A stretch of DNA of 64,000 nucleotides from Utricularia gibba (lineage: Eukaryota; Plantae; Magnoliophyta). Below the pieces are notes generated by a model that ran no database searches, had not been told where the DNA came from, and saw only the letters and a program-made list of their open reading frames with translations. The stretch spans positions 1,302,001 to 1,366,000 of the forward strand of contig NEEC01000002.1 in NCBI GenBank assembly GCA_002189035.1. Direction: 5' to 3'. A program made the position numbers and the translations under genes. Every line of letters starts with the position of its first letter. Position 1 is the first letter of the stretch. Below are positions 23,457 to 35,804 of the stretch, in pieces.

Positions 23457-26400
23457 ATGTTGACCAAGTTTGAGACGAAGAGCAATAGAGTGAAGGGTTT
23501 GAGCTTCCATTCCAAGAGGCCATGGATCTTGGCGAGTCTTCACAGTGGTGTGATCCAGTTGTGGGATTATCGTATGGGAACGCTCATTGACCGGTTCGAT
23601 GAGCATGATGGGCCTGTTCGAGGCATTCATTTTCACAAATCACAGCCGTTGTTTGTTTCTGGAGGTATGGATCAAGCCCGATTTACTTTAGTTTCTTTCT
23701 GAAGAACATGTTTTGATTGGATTTCCTTGCTGTGTGGGGTTGCCTATTACGCTTCTGGTGATTCCTATGCTAAGAGCTGCTTTGGATCTTGGAGGATGTA
23801 GATCTGTTTCGTTATTTTTACTATAGTTTGACTGGTTCGACGATCTCTCCTTAAACATCATTTGCCTTTGGCCCCAAATTATGCCACTATATCACGCAGA
23901 AGTACCAGTGATGGAAATGTACCGATTTGCTTATGTAAATATTTTAGATTTTGCGTTAATTCTTTGCCCATTTCATGAGTGTAGCTTGTATCGTAATTAT
24001 TAAGGGATTGTTTGGCATAAGTTGATTTATGTATTGTTGGTTTCCGCAGGTGATGATTATAAAATCAAGGTGTGGAACTACAAATTGCACAAATGCCTAT
24101 TCACTCTTCTGGGCCATCTTGATTATATACGCACCGTACAGTTTCATCACGAGTATCCCTGGATAGTTAGTGCAAGTGATGATCAGACGATTAGGATATG
24201 GAACTGGCAGTCAAGAACTTGCATTTCTGTGTTAACTGGGCACAATCATTATGTCATGTGTGCCTCGTTTCACCCCAAAGAGGACTTGGTCGTTTCAGCC
24301 TCTCTTGATCAGACTGTTCGTGTTTGGGATATTGGTGCGCTGAGGAAGAAGACCGTATCTCCAGCTGATGATGTTCTGAGATTGCCTCAGATGAGTACTG
24401 AGTTATTTGGTGGAGTTGATGCTGTCGTGAAGTATGTTTTGGACGGCCATGATCGAGGGGTTAACTGGGCTTCTTTTCATCCTACTCTTCCACTAATTGT
24501 TTCTGGGGCAGATGACCGCCAAGTGAAGATCTGGCGCATGAATGGTATGTAATCTTGCCATAATTTAGCTTATGTCTTGGGTGAACTACTTCAGTGGTTG
24601 TTAATTTTGACAATGGTTTCTGGTAAGGGGACGCTCCCAGTCAATTGTTACGAGTGTGAATTTCCTTTCCCAACTAACATGCATGCGTCTTTTGCTAGAT
24701 ACAAAGGCTTGGGAAGTTGACACCTTGAGAGGCCACATGAATAATGTCTCTTGTGTTTTATTCCAGTCTAGACAAGAAATTATTGTATCAAATTCAGAGG
24801 ACAAGAGCATTAGAGTCTGGGATGCTACCAAGAGAACTGGCTTGCAGACTTTCCGCAGGGAGCATGACAGGTTTTGGATTCTAGCAGCCCACCCTGAGAT
24901 GAATCTTCTGGCTGCAGGCCATGATAATGGGATGATAGTTTTCAAATTGGAAAGAGAACGCCCAGCATTTTCTATGAGTGGTGATTCCGTCTTCTATGTG
25001 AAGGATCGGTTCTTGCGAACTTTCGAGTATTCAACTCAGAAAGATACACAGTTGATACCAATACGCCGTCCTGGTTCAAACAGTTTGAATCAGGGTCCCC
25101 GAACTCTTTCCTATAGTCCCTCAGAGAATGCTGTCTTGATTTGTTCTGACACGGATGGAGGTTCCTATGAACTGTATGTTATACCCCGAGATAGCAGTGG
25201 CCGAGGGGATACTGTACAGGATGCAAAAAAGGGAAGTGGGGGTTCGGCAGTTTTTGTGGCCCGAAATAGATTTGCTGTGCTCGAGAAAAGTACCAACCAT
25301 GTTTTGGTCAAGAATCTGAAAAATGAAATTGTGAAGAAGAGCCCTCTTCCTGTGCCCACTGATGCTATCTACTATGCTGGAACTGGGAAGCTGCTGTGTA
25401 AGACTGATGACAGGGTTATGATTTTTGAACTTCAGCAGCGAATTGTTCTTGGGGATCTCCAGACATCCTCTGTTAGGTATGTTGTTTGGTCTCAGGATAT
25501 GGAGAATGTTGCTTTGCTCGGGAAGCATTGTGTTGTAATTGCTGACAATAAGCTTGCGCATCGGTGCACCCTTCATGAGACTATTCGTGTCAAGAGTGGA
25601 TCTTGGGATGATAATGGCGTTTTCATATATACCACGCTAACACACATTAAGTACTGTCTTCTGAATGGGGATAGTGGGATTATCAAGACGCTTGATGCCC
25701 CAGTGTACATCACAAAAATATACGGTAACACTATCTTTTGCTTGGACCGGGATGGGAAAAATCGCCCCATCATAATTGATTCGACAGAGTACATCTTCAA
25801 GCTGTCTCTTCTAAGGAAGAGATACGATCAGGTGATGAACATGATAAAAAATTCAGAACTATGTGGACAGGCCATGATAGCATATCTGCAACAAAAGGGC
25901 TTTCCTCAAGTGGCCCTTCATTTTGTGAAGGATGAGAAACTTCGATTTGAGCTGGCCATTGAAAGTGGTAATATTGAGAAAGCCCTTGAGTCCGCTAAAA
26001 AGATTGACAAGAAAGATCACTGGTATAAGTTAGGAGTGGAGGCCCTTCGACAGGGAAATGCAGGAATTGTTGAGTATGCTTACCAGAGAACCAAGAATTT
26101 TGAGAGGCTCTCATTTCACTATTTGATAACTGGTAACCTCGACAAACTGTCAAAAATGATGAAAATTGCTGAGGTGAAGAATGAAGTTATGGGTCAGTTT
26201 CATGATGCTTTGTACCTTGGTGATGTACAAGAGCGCGTGAAACTTTTGGAGGCTTCTGGTCATCTACACCTTGCCTATGTGACAGCTTCTCTGCATGGCC
26301 ATTCTGACACAGCAGAGCGATTAGCTAGCGAGCTGGGGGATAGTACGCCTGCTTTGCCCAAGGAGGGCAAAGCTTCTCTTTTGATTCCTCCCCGTCCAGT

Positions 26401-27649
26401 GCTATGTGCTGGAGATTGGCCTCTGTTGATGGTGAGCAAGGGTGTCTTCGAGGGTGGCCTCGGTGATACAACAAGGGATGGTGATGAAGATTATGAAGAG
26501 GCTGCAGATGCCGACTGGGGAGAGGCATTGGACATTGGTGAGGTTAACGGTATCCATGTTAATGGTGATGTGAGTGAGCTAGTGGACGAGGATGGCGACA
26601 AGGAGAATGATGAAGAGGGGGATGGGACCTCGAGGATCTTGATCTTCCTCCTGCTGCTGACACACCACGAACTGCTCCAAGCGCTCGATCTGCTTTGTTT
26701 GTGGCCCCAACACCGGGCATGCCTGTGAGCCAAATTTGGGTCCAGAAATCATCTCTCGCTGCCGAGCATGCTGCTGCTGGAACTTTGATACAGCCATGCG
26801 TTTATTGAGCCGTCAACTTGGGATACACAATTTTGCACCATTGAGATCGCTGTTCATTGATCTTCAGCTTGGAAGTCATAGTTACTTGCGCGCCCTTACT
26901 TCAGTGCCCGTGATCTCCACTGCCATTGAAAGAGGATGGAATGAGTCGGCAAGTCCCAACGTGAGAGGGCCTCCAGCCCTTGTATTCAATTTCTCCCAGT
27001 TGGATGATAAACTCAAGGCTGGTTACAAGGCTACCACTGCTGGGAAGTTTTCAGAAGCTCTTAAACATTTCCTAGCTATTCTACAGACAATCCCAGTGAT
27101 CGTGGTTGACACACGAAGGGAGGTTGATGAAGTGAAGGAACTGATACTCATTGCGAAAGAATATGTTCTTGGTCTCCAGATGGAGCTCAAGAGGAGGGAA
27201 TTGAAGAGCGATCCAGTCCGCCAGCAGGAACTTGCAGCCTATTTCACTCATTGCAACCTACAGCTGCCACACTTGAGACTCGCTCTTCTCAACGCCATGA
27301 CAGTTTGCTTCAAGGCTCAGAATCACAGCACTGCAGCCAACTTTGCCCGGCGACTTTTGGAGACAAATCCGAGTAACGAGAATCATGCGAGGACAGCTCG
27401 CCAGGTTTTGCAGGCTGCTGAGAAAAACATGAATGATGCTACCCAGCTCAACTATGACTTCAGAAACCCTTTCGTGGTGTGTGGAGCCACGTACGTCCCT
27501 ATCTATCGTGGACAGAAAGATGTAACTTGCCCATACTGCAGTACACATTTTGTTCCCTCCCAGCAAGGCAAGCTGTGCACTGTGTGTGATCTTGCAACCG
27601 TGGAGCTGATGCTGCTGGCTTGCTCTGTTCCCCTTCTCAGAAACGATGA
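23457..27649 (+). CDS. COPA: Coatomer subunit alpha (three apparent -1 frameshifts in the last exon)
   Basis: Exons 23457-23664, 24050-24544, 24699-27649; [20 protein letters not shown]40 repeats, [36 protein letters not shown]; the frame-restored end reads [21 protein letters not shown]. Confidence 0.97.
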
Positions 27650-28127
27650 TTCCATCGTTGGGTATTTTTGGTTCTCACAGGCTTTCCTCTCCTCAAAGAG
27701 CACTCCAGATCCACCGCGAAAGGAGAAACAAAGAGGCCTGTCAGTTAGGAAAGACTCGAGATTGTCTGTCACCCCACCTGTTCATCTGTTTGGATACGTG
27801 CTTCTTCTTTCTTCCCTCTAATCCAGCCCTCCTCCCTTTGTCTATTTCTTCCATGGGAATTACAGTTTTTGTTGTAATAAGTCAATGACACATTATTTAG
27901 ACATTGCCCACTATGGGGGAATTTGTATGTGTGAGAACTTGGTTGCCCATGATATGTTTGTTCTTGTAGAAGTCAAGTTTTCGTTCCTGTTGATGTTTAG
28001 TCAAAAGTTTACTCACAAATGCTGAAGTTGTTCAAAGAGATTAAGACAACCAGACAATAGTTACATATACACTACACATGCGTACAAGGTCCATGCATTA
28101 AACCATCTGGAATTGGAGTGAGTTGCA

Positions 28128-29945
28128 CTACGCAGAAACAAGGCCTTCTGGGAGAGGAGACTCACTGGCATGGTTAGAAGACACAAACTTGCTGCAGCCA
28201 TGTAATACAGCGGAATGGAAACCGCGAGGATTCTCTATGAAAACGAAATGCCCTGCCTGAAAGACAGAACCTTTTTAGTATATGATCCGTTTGTAGGAAT
28301 GCAGCAGTAAAAGGAGCCAACCTGAGGAACTCTGATGATCTCGCATGGAACATTCATCTGCTTTCGAGCTTCTTGGGCACCTTGGTAGCTCATCCAATCT
28401 TGGGTGCCATATATGAACGTCGTCGGGACCTTCCATTCGGATGAACTAAATAGGGGACATAGGTTCAGTAGAATGTAGCCATGCCTTGCCCCAGTGGAGC
28501 TCGAATCACAAGCCAAAAAAAAAAAAAGAAAGAGGAACTCACTGGTGTAGAAGTGGCTTCCGTGCGAATGCCCCGAAGGAGAATATATATTTCAAGCATA
28601 ACTCCCCACTGGCTTTGGCAGCCAAGGTGTGATATGCATACTCTATAGCAGAAGATGCAAGAAAGATCAGAAAAAGGATGAAGAAATCAGAGAGGTATTT
28701 CCTGGGAATGAGCTGCTACGGCACTTACCTGTAAGTAGTGTTGATTCTTCCTCGGTCATTGCATCCCCATTCGCAGCTAGACTAAATCTGTTACTTGTGT
28801 ACTTACGAACTAAACCCATGCCCCAAGGGCCTAAACCTCTGAATGAATTACGCAAAAGTTTCAGGAGAAATGGCATGAACAAAAACGTGAATGCTTCAGT
28901 GATATAAGTACCTCACTATCCTTTGGGGAGTAAAGTTGGATTCCCAGAGATGATTCAGAATGGCACCTTTCCAAGTTGCTCGAAATCGAATAAGCCGTTC
29001 AGACATCTCTGTCTCCGCTGAAAATCCGGCGGGCCCAACTAAAATCAAGTGTTGAACGTGCTCGGCGTGCTGAAAGAAGAAGCATTTCAAGTCATGAGCA
29101 GTGAGTGAGACATCTTTCTGTAAAATTCTACTGTTCGAACAAAGAGATCAACGTTGGCAGGACAAGGTAAAAGAGTCAAATGCTGAAGTGCAGCACCTTG
29201 AGAGCATACTTGGAAGCAACATAGCCTCCAAATGAATGTCCAAGTAGAATGAAGTTGCTAAGGTTTTTCTCCTTCCGCCATTGCTCGAAGGAATCAATGA
29301 ACCACGCTTCAGTTTCTGCATATGTAAAACTTCAGTAAAGCGAACAGATAAAAAAGAAGCAAATTCACTTGTACCTTCGGTACTTTTGCAAGTAAAATCA
29401 GGCCTACTGGAGCCACCCCAACTGAAACATCATAATGAATCAATCAAACAACGCCACCATTAAAAAAAATCAAGGTAAGCAGGGGATCAATCCATACGTA
29501 CCCAAGCTGGTCAACGGCGATTACTCTGAAATGTTTAGAGAGTTCCTGGAAATTACGGAAGAAAAAACCCTGAGATGCGCCATATCCGTGAATCATGACC
29601 AACGTCGGCGCCCCTTCATTGCTATCAAACGTCACCGTGTTGATGAACCTCGGCGCGTCGCTCGCTGACCGAAACCAATGGGTCTTGGACCCAGGCGGAC
29701 CAGACCCGATATTGACGCGCTCCTGATGATAAGGAGTCCTGTAAAATTCAATTCAACCCAAGATCAGGATGCACGTCCAAATGGGATTCCTCATTCTATC
29801 AACCATCTTTCGATTACTTGACAAGGGAGAGGAGGCGCTTCTCAGAATCGATGATTTCATCGGTGGAAGAAGGAATCCATCGGAGCGAATTCCACAACGA
29901 GCGCTTCTTCGCCGCCGCGGCTGTTGCGACGATTTCCTCCGCCAT
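28128..29945 (-). CDS. CGI-58: Alpha/beta hydrolase, CGI-58/ABHD5-like acyltransferase/lipase
   Basis: [47 protein letters not shown] nucleophile elbow, [27 protein letters not shown]; 8 GT-AG exons recognised. Confidence 0.94.
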
Positions 29946-30676
29946 CGACGGCAATGATGATGATGATGATGCTGAACTGTAAAAGCTCCGGAGAGCAATC
30001 AGCATAAAAATCAAAGCTTTCCCGCAAAACAACCCAACTTCTGTGGAATATATTGTTGAAGAATATACAAAACAACGGAAAAGGAACCTTCCCAATCTCC
30101 CACCGTCCCACGTCATGCATTACCTTCGTACGGTATCTTCCCCTCTCGATTGCATACGCGCGCGATGACGCACGCGCTCCCGACCGACCTGAACCGCCCT
30201 ACGATTTATCTTCACCGTCCCGGTCCGACCGCCACCCCTTATACTATGGCCCAAATCCGTTGTTGTTCTGGGCCACCTGATCTAAAGCATCGGCCCAATA
30301 AGGTTTCAGATTTATCAATTTTCATATTTAATTAATTACTAATATTTATTTTTTTTTATTCAAATTCATTATAGTCATGGATTTAAACTTGGTTAAATAA
30401 TTTTTAATTATATTTATCATTAAAATATTTTTAAAATCTAATTTTTTATTAAAAATTGATGGATGGATTCCCATTTCACATAGAAAGCAAGTGGAATATA
30501 CAAGGAAGTTGAAGTTGAACATGAGGTTGAACTTCACACACACACGAAAGAAACCCAAGTACAGAAAAAGAAGCATTTTATTCATTGGTTTGATGGAATT
30601 TCATTCACAGCAGCAGCAACGAGGAGCAGGAGGGAGCGAGGATCAGGAGGGGCAGTTGGCTGTGTCTTGTCAATCT

Positions 30677-31162
30677 TCAGGGGCACTTCTTCCGGCCGCC
30701 GTGGGTCGTCTGAGAAGCCCAGCAGGGGCAGAGGTTCTGGTTACCGTAGGTTCCCGGAGGAACGCAACTGCAGCGCGCGCAGCAGGTGCCACAAGCTCTG
30801 TAGCACACATTCTTCCTCCTCACCAATGCGCATCTTCTCACGCACTCGCCCCCGCAATCTAGAAATCACAGAAACAAGCATCACCCATGGAGACACCAAG
30901 TTTCCATATGAACAGACGCGCCCATACACAAGTTGGGAATGCGAACTCACTTATTTTCACTTCAGAGGCGACTCCGGTGCCATTCACCAGGGGGGTCTCG
31001 AACCCATCAAAATTCTGAAACAGAAAGAAAATCCATGTAACGTTGAACATGCGTGAAAATAAGCAGCGGCAGATGGGTGCGTACAGTAGGAGCTGCATGT
31101 GGTAGAGCCATGAAGGCGAGGAGGAAGAGAGCAACGAGGAGCCTGGAGAAGGTGATCGCCAT
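30677..31162 (-). CDS. GASA: GASA/Snakin gibberellin-regulated secreted peptide (3 exons)
   Basis: Signal peptide MAITFSRLLVALFLLAFMALPHA; last exon (frame not listed in the ORF track) CGGECVRRCALVRRKNVCYRACGTCCARCSCVPPGTYGNQNLCPCWASQTTHGGRKKCP* with 12 Cys; TATAAATA upstream. Confidence 0.95.
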
Positions 31163-31420
31163 TCTGATACCACGCAACACAACAAGATAAGCAAGGAACT
31201 TAGCGGTGCATTGGGCTGAGAGGAAAGCCTGGTATTTATAGGAAATAAAGAAAGCAGCCAATTATTCTTTTTTTTTGTTTAAAAAAAAAGGAAAAATCTG
31301 GGAAAACAACCTATCCAATCTAGTGTACTCGTCACATCCTTCTTTTATCTTATAATATTTTAATTTTCACTTAAAAATACATAATCGAAAGGGATGAGTG
31401 GCCCCACCAATTTCCATGTC

Positions 31421-31482
31421 AAAACCCTAAACCCCGAAGTAGTAGCAAACCCTAATCATCCCCGTAGAAAAATTTAGGGTTT
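31421..31482. promoter_or_regulatory. Telo-box cluster
   Basis: AAACCCTAA at ~31422-31430 and 31447-31455, TTTAGGGTTT at 31473-31482. Confidence 0.6.
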
Positions 31483-32951
31483 GAGTTTCTAAATTTGGAG
31501 AAAATAAACTGGTTTTTACCTATTTTGGATACAGGGTTACACTCGAATTTGAGCAACGCGTTTTCCTTTTTCGGAATAATATAATAAATAAATAAAACAA
31601 ATAAAAGAGCGGATTCGGTGTGGGGTGTCTTTCATGAGCTGTGGATCACCTGGCGAGAGAGCGACATTTAAGGAAGACACCTGGATGATGAGCCGAGCCG
31701 AGGGATCTCCATTCCATTTCCATTCGTGTCGTCTTCAATGATTGTATGAATGATGACGTGAACATGTCTTGAAAGCATCTCAAATTTTCCATCAGTACAA
31801 CACCACAAGTGCAGTTGAGTCGAGTTGTGCCCTTGCCTTTGCTGTCGTGTAGTGTGTTTTCAGCTCATGATAATCAAATTATTCACCGCCGACCCGTTTG
31901 AGTTATCGGGTCGGGCCCCATTCGGTGACGACGTCGTGCTTGGCGTGCTCATGATTGGGAGGGACGGACAGAGACTGAGGGGGCGAGCAAGTCCGACCCG
32001 TCCATTTCCCCCATTAATAAACCAGGCGACGCCCCACGACTCCTAAGAGTCCTTGTACTTGACTTCAATGCACCCGCATCCACATACCCACAATACTTTA
32101 CAAAATATAAAATTGCAATAAAAACATGTTAAAGTTTAGATCATTATAAATAATTTACCTTCAATTTTCAAAAATCCAACAAAATTTTTAAAAAGTAAAT
32201 TGATTTATGACATAATAAACCCATTTTGATTTCAAATCTAATAAAATTTCATGTTAGAGTTTTTCATATTCATGTTTGGAATTAGATGATTTGAATCATA
32301 CTTTTGTTAGGATTATATCTTGTTCTCATTTTACATGATACATTACTATAATGATATTAAGATTAAAATCGATTAATTTTGATAATATAAAAATTAAATA
32401 TATAATTTCATAAGTATAACTTATTTAAAAATAAATAAATTGATAGATGTATAATATAATTTTGAAACTTAAATAACATCCACAACTCCATCCTTTATAA
32501 AAATATTTTTAATTTTTTAAAATAAAAAAATTACTGACAAAAAATTTATAACCAACTGGAACGTTGATACTAGTTATTATAAAATAAAACAAAAACTCGA
32601 AATTTTGACGGAATTGATGGGATAAAAAAATAATTTGCGTCAATTGTGTGGGTCAACCCAGAAATCTCATTCTGGGATTCGCGAGGTGGACTGGTCCTGT
32701 CGTTCAAACAGGCGCAGAAAAAATGTTCTCAGGGGAAGAAGCTGTCTGCCGGCGGATGGAGAAAATCAATACTACACTTTGGAACCGTCTTTACAAAGCA
32801 CCACGGGATCATACCCAATTCAAACCAATTCAAACTAGCGCTGTAGTTCTACGGGTAAAATATCTCCGGTCATCAGATCAGACCCTCATCCATTCATTCC
32901 CCCACATTATTCTATCAATCCGCCCGCCCGAGGCGGCTGTGTATCGATGGA

Positions 32952-35804
32952 TCACTTCCATGGGGGAGTATGGTGTTTAAAAGGGTGTGGTTCCCATGCA
33001 TTTTCAGGTTCTTTACGCTTCCCAGTAACAAATGGAGCAAAGGGGATAGAGCTTGTTGACCTTAGAAGATGCTCCTCGGTCGGCCGGACCTGACCCAAGT
33101 TCAGGAACTGGGTGAAGCCACCAGGAGGATCCCCGCTTCCTCCAACCTCGGGCATCAATCCACCGTTGAGATCGAAGCTGCCCCCCTGAGGTGAAATAGG
33201 TGCAAGTCCATTTGAGGGACCCGGGCCGGGTGGGATGTTCATGAAAAAGGGTATTTGGGGGAATCCGGAGGGCATTGTTGTGGCAGGGGCTATGATCTGA
33301 GGGATAATTGGTGCCCCTCTGGAGTCCACCATGTAGGGAATAGGTCCACCAGGAGGATACATTGTGGAGGTGAAAGACACGGGAGGGCCAGGCGCCATGT
33401 TTTGGTAACTGTAACCTGGAAAACGGTTGTAAGGAAGGACAGAACCAGTCCCCAGGAAACTCCCACCCCTTCCCATGTTGACCACATCGAATGACAGCTC
33501 TGGTGTTTGCAATCTAGGTACAGATGGCCTTGGAGAAACAGAGTCCTTCTGATTGACCTTCACTGATGTGCCCATTATGGAAATGACGGACTCATCTGGT
33601 TTCATGCCTACGGGGGCTTTGAGTGTCTGAAGAGACTTGCTTGAACTTGAGTGATCAGAAAAGTCGCCAACAACAGCAGGTTGATCGTTCAAATCGAAAC
33701 CCGCTGACGAAGGCTGCTTTGCTGGTGCTGCGTGGGAGCTGCTTCCCCTAGGAAACTGACCAATGTGTAAATCTGAAGGACAATTGCTGTCATCACTCAA
33801 GCAGTTCAAATCCAACTTGAATCTTTCAGATCTTGTTTGACTTGTTTCAATGGAGCATCCCCCAGACAGAATGCCTGACAAGATGGGAAGTTTCTTATCT
33901 GGTAAGAGTGCTCCCATTTTACCATCATTAATCTCCACTACATTCAAGTCTATATCAAGACACTCTTGTCTTTGTGTTGAATTTGTAATGCTCTTGGCAG
34001 CAGAAATATCCTTGTCATTTTCTAAAAATCTCTGGAATGTGGAGCGAAATGCACTTGCCCCAGCAGAACCTTTCCACCCTGGAATTCCATCAAACTGCAG
34101 GGGGGCGACAACAGGAGCTGCAACTTCTCCAGACGCTGAGACAACTGAAACTGGGGCCAAAAGGTGATCAGCAGGACCATCAACATCTTCTGATGAAAGT
34201 TCTAGATTCAGATCAAAATTACGACGGGGCTTTTCAGTGTTCTCTTCTTGAGACACTTCAGTGACTAAGGAATTCTCCAACTCCTGTGCTTCATTTGCCT
34301 GATCCACCTCTGGATTCTCAATGCTACTAAAAGACTCGTGTCGCATTGATGAAGTCTCATCAGACAAATCAGTGTCACATGCCCCCTTGGATTGCCTTGC
34401 GCTTTCGGAATTTGGGCTAGATGGCTGCTTTTCATATTGTTCTGCAGGATTTTCAGAAGAACTACAACTTTGATCTCTGGATTCCACAACTTCCCTTTGC
34501 ACTTCTATGGCAACTTGCCTGGCAAGTTCTAGAGGATCCACGATCCCGTATACATCAATATCACGTATCTTATCAGCAAGATTGTTCTCCCTAGTGACTT
34601 CTGATTTCATAAACTTAAAGTTCCTCGTGATATTGTCTCCAGATACACGCAGTTCAGGTTTTTCAGCCTTCACACGATCTCTTAGTGTTTGTTTCTTTAA
34701 CTTTTCCCAGCTCCTTTGGTCATACGAGGACTTCAACAACGTAGGATTTTGACCCCTTTCTTCCATGGTAGAAGGACTAGAACTTTTTCCGTGATTTGCA
34801 GAGCTGCTAGACTCATCAATCTGGATGTTCTGTGAACTAGGGTCTGTTCCTGATGCCATGTGATTAAAGGATGCAGAATCCACACGATGACTATTGTTAT
34901 CTGATTTTAATCCTTCAGGCGTTTCTCCTTCTGTTGATGGCCTTTCAAGTTCTGAGCTATTTATAGTGCCTATGATTGAAGGGATTTCAGCAACTGCACC
35001 ATCATTGACAGAAGCATCACATGATTCAACAGACTTCATAGCAGAAGTGCATGGCTGCATTAAGAGAGGTAACCCAACTTGAACAGAAGGTTGGTCAGCA
35101 CAAGGAGAGCTCTGAGTCACATCTGTAGCTTGCGTACTTTCCAAGTTTCTAGGTTTGACTTCATCAAAACTGGTACACATCGCATTACCCCCTGGTGACT
35201 CATTGTCCATTCCTTTAACACACGTGCCTAATGGAAATGACATATCAGCCTCACCAGGTGACAAAGTCCCACTACCTCCCACTGTATCTTCAAGTTTCTG
35301 AACGTTTTTGTCTGTTAAAGTCTCGCCAACATCTGAAGGGGATGCATCTGCAGCTTTTCTGCTTTCCCATGTATCGAATACCATTTGAGCTTTTTCCTGT
35401 ACCTTCAAACTGCTGTGAACAAGAAAACCCTTCAAAATGGTCCACAGATCACTAGAAACCCGTTCCCCGTTCTCAACCTGAAGCTTCTCAAGTGCCTGCA
35501 GCAAATGAACAATTGCATCTTCCAAACAGGTATCATTTGAGCTAGCTCCAAATTTGACAGCATCCTTCAACCACTTCTCAAAAAAATGAAGACCATCTAA
35601 ATGAAGGAAAAGAGAAATACATTCCCGATTCTCTGTTGCAGCTATTGCACAAGCAACTGCTGACCACTGCCTGGTGACTTCACTAACATCATTCACAACA
35701 GAATCACTCTCCTTCTGCATGACATCCACCAGCCCCTTGACTCGAGACGGAATTGTAATCCCATAATTCCTCTCGGCCAACGTAAAGAAATCGTCAAGCA
35801 TCAT
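32952..35804 (-). CDS. TFIIS N-terminal (TFS2N/LW) domain protein with multiple DLN/EAR-like motifs, single coding exon
   Basis: 950-aa ORF; RQWSAVACAIAATENRECISLFLHLDGLHFFEKWL, VQEKAQMVFDTW, DPLELARQVAIEVQREV, repeated FDLN/LDLN. Confidence 0.88.
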   Translation of the reverse strand: MMLDDFFTLAERNYGITIPSRVKGLVDVMQKESDSVVNDVSEVTRQWSAVACAIAATENRECISLFLHLDGLHFFEKWLKDAVKFGASSNDTCLEDAIVHLLQALEKLQVENGERVSSDLWTILKGFLVHSSLKVQEKAQMVFDTWESRKAADASPSDVGETLTDKNVQKLEDTVGGSGTLSPGEADMSFPLGTCVKGMDNESPGGNAMCTSFDEVKPRNLESTQATDVTQSSPCADQPSVQVGLPLLMQPCTSAMKSVESCDASVNDGAVAEIPSIIGTINSSELERPSTEGETPEGLKSDNNSHRVDSASFNHMASGTDPSSQNIQIDESSSSANHGKSSSPSTMEERGQNPTLLKSSYDQRSWEKLKKQTLRDRVKAEKPELRVSGDNITRNFKFMKSEVTRENNLADKIRDIDVYGIVDPLELARQVAIEVQREVVESRDQSCSSSENPAEQYEKQPSSPNSESARQSKGACDTDLSDETSSMRHESFSSIENPEVDQANEAQELENSLVTEVSQEENTEKPRRNFDLNLELSSEDVDGPADHLLAPVSVVSASGEVAAPVVAPLQFDGIPGWKGSAGASAFRSTFQRFLENDKDISAAKSITNSTQRQECLDIDLNVVEINDGKMGALLPDKKLPILSGILSGGCSIETSQTRSERFKLDLNCLSDDSNCPSDLHIGQFPRGSSSHAAPAKQPSSAGFDLNDQPAVVGDFSDHSSSSKSLQTLKAPVGMKPDESVISIMGTSVKVNQKDSVSPRPSVPRLQTPELSFDVVNMGRGGSFLGTGSVLPYNRFPGYSYQNMAPGPPVSFTSTMYPPGGPIPYMVDSRGAPIIPQIIAPATTMPSGFPQIPFFMNIPPGPGPSNGLAPISPQGGSFDLNGGLMPEVGGSGDPPGGFTQFLNLGQVRPTEEHLLRSTSSIPFAPFVTGKRKEPENAWEPHPFKHHTPPWK

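Noticed and set aside
23070-23636. 188-aa antisense ORF over COPA exon 1
   Set aside because: Antisense shadow that runs through a poly-G tract; no homology.
26611-27603. Programmed ribosomal frameshifting in COPA
   Set aside because: No slippery heptamer or pseudoknot; three events in 1 kb plus identical lesions in unrelated genes favour sequencing error.
27650-27821. Novel C-terminal extension of COPA in the ORF track
   Set aside because: Produced by the -1 frameshift at ~27602; the canonical end LLCSPSQKR* is present in the shifted frame.
32100-32640. AT-rich intergenic blocks (also 4100-4560, 9100-9700, 53600-53870) as transposon relics
   Set aside because: No TIRs, TSDs or shared sequence detectable by eye.
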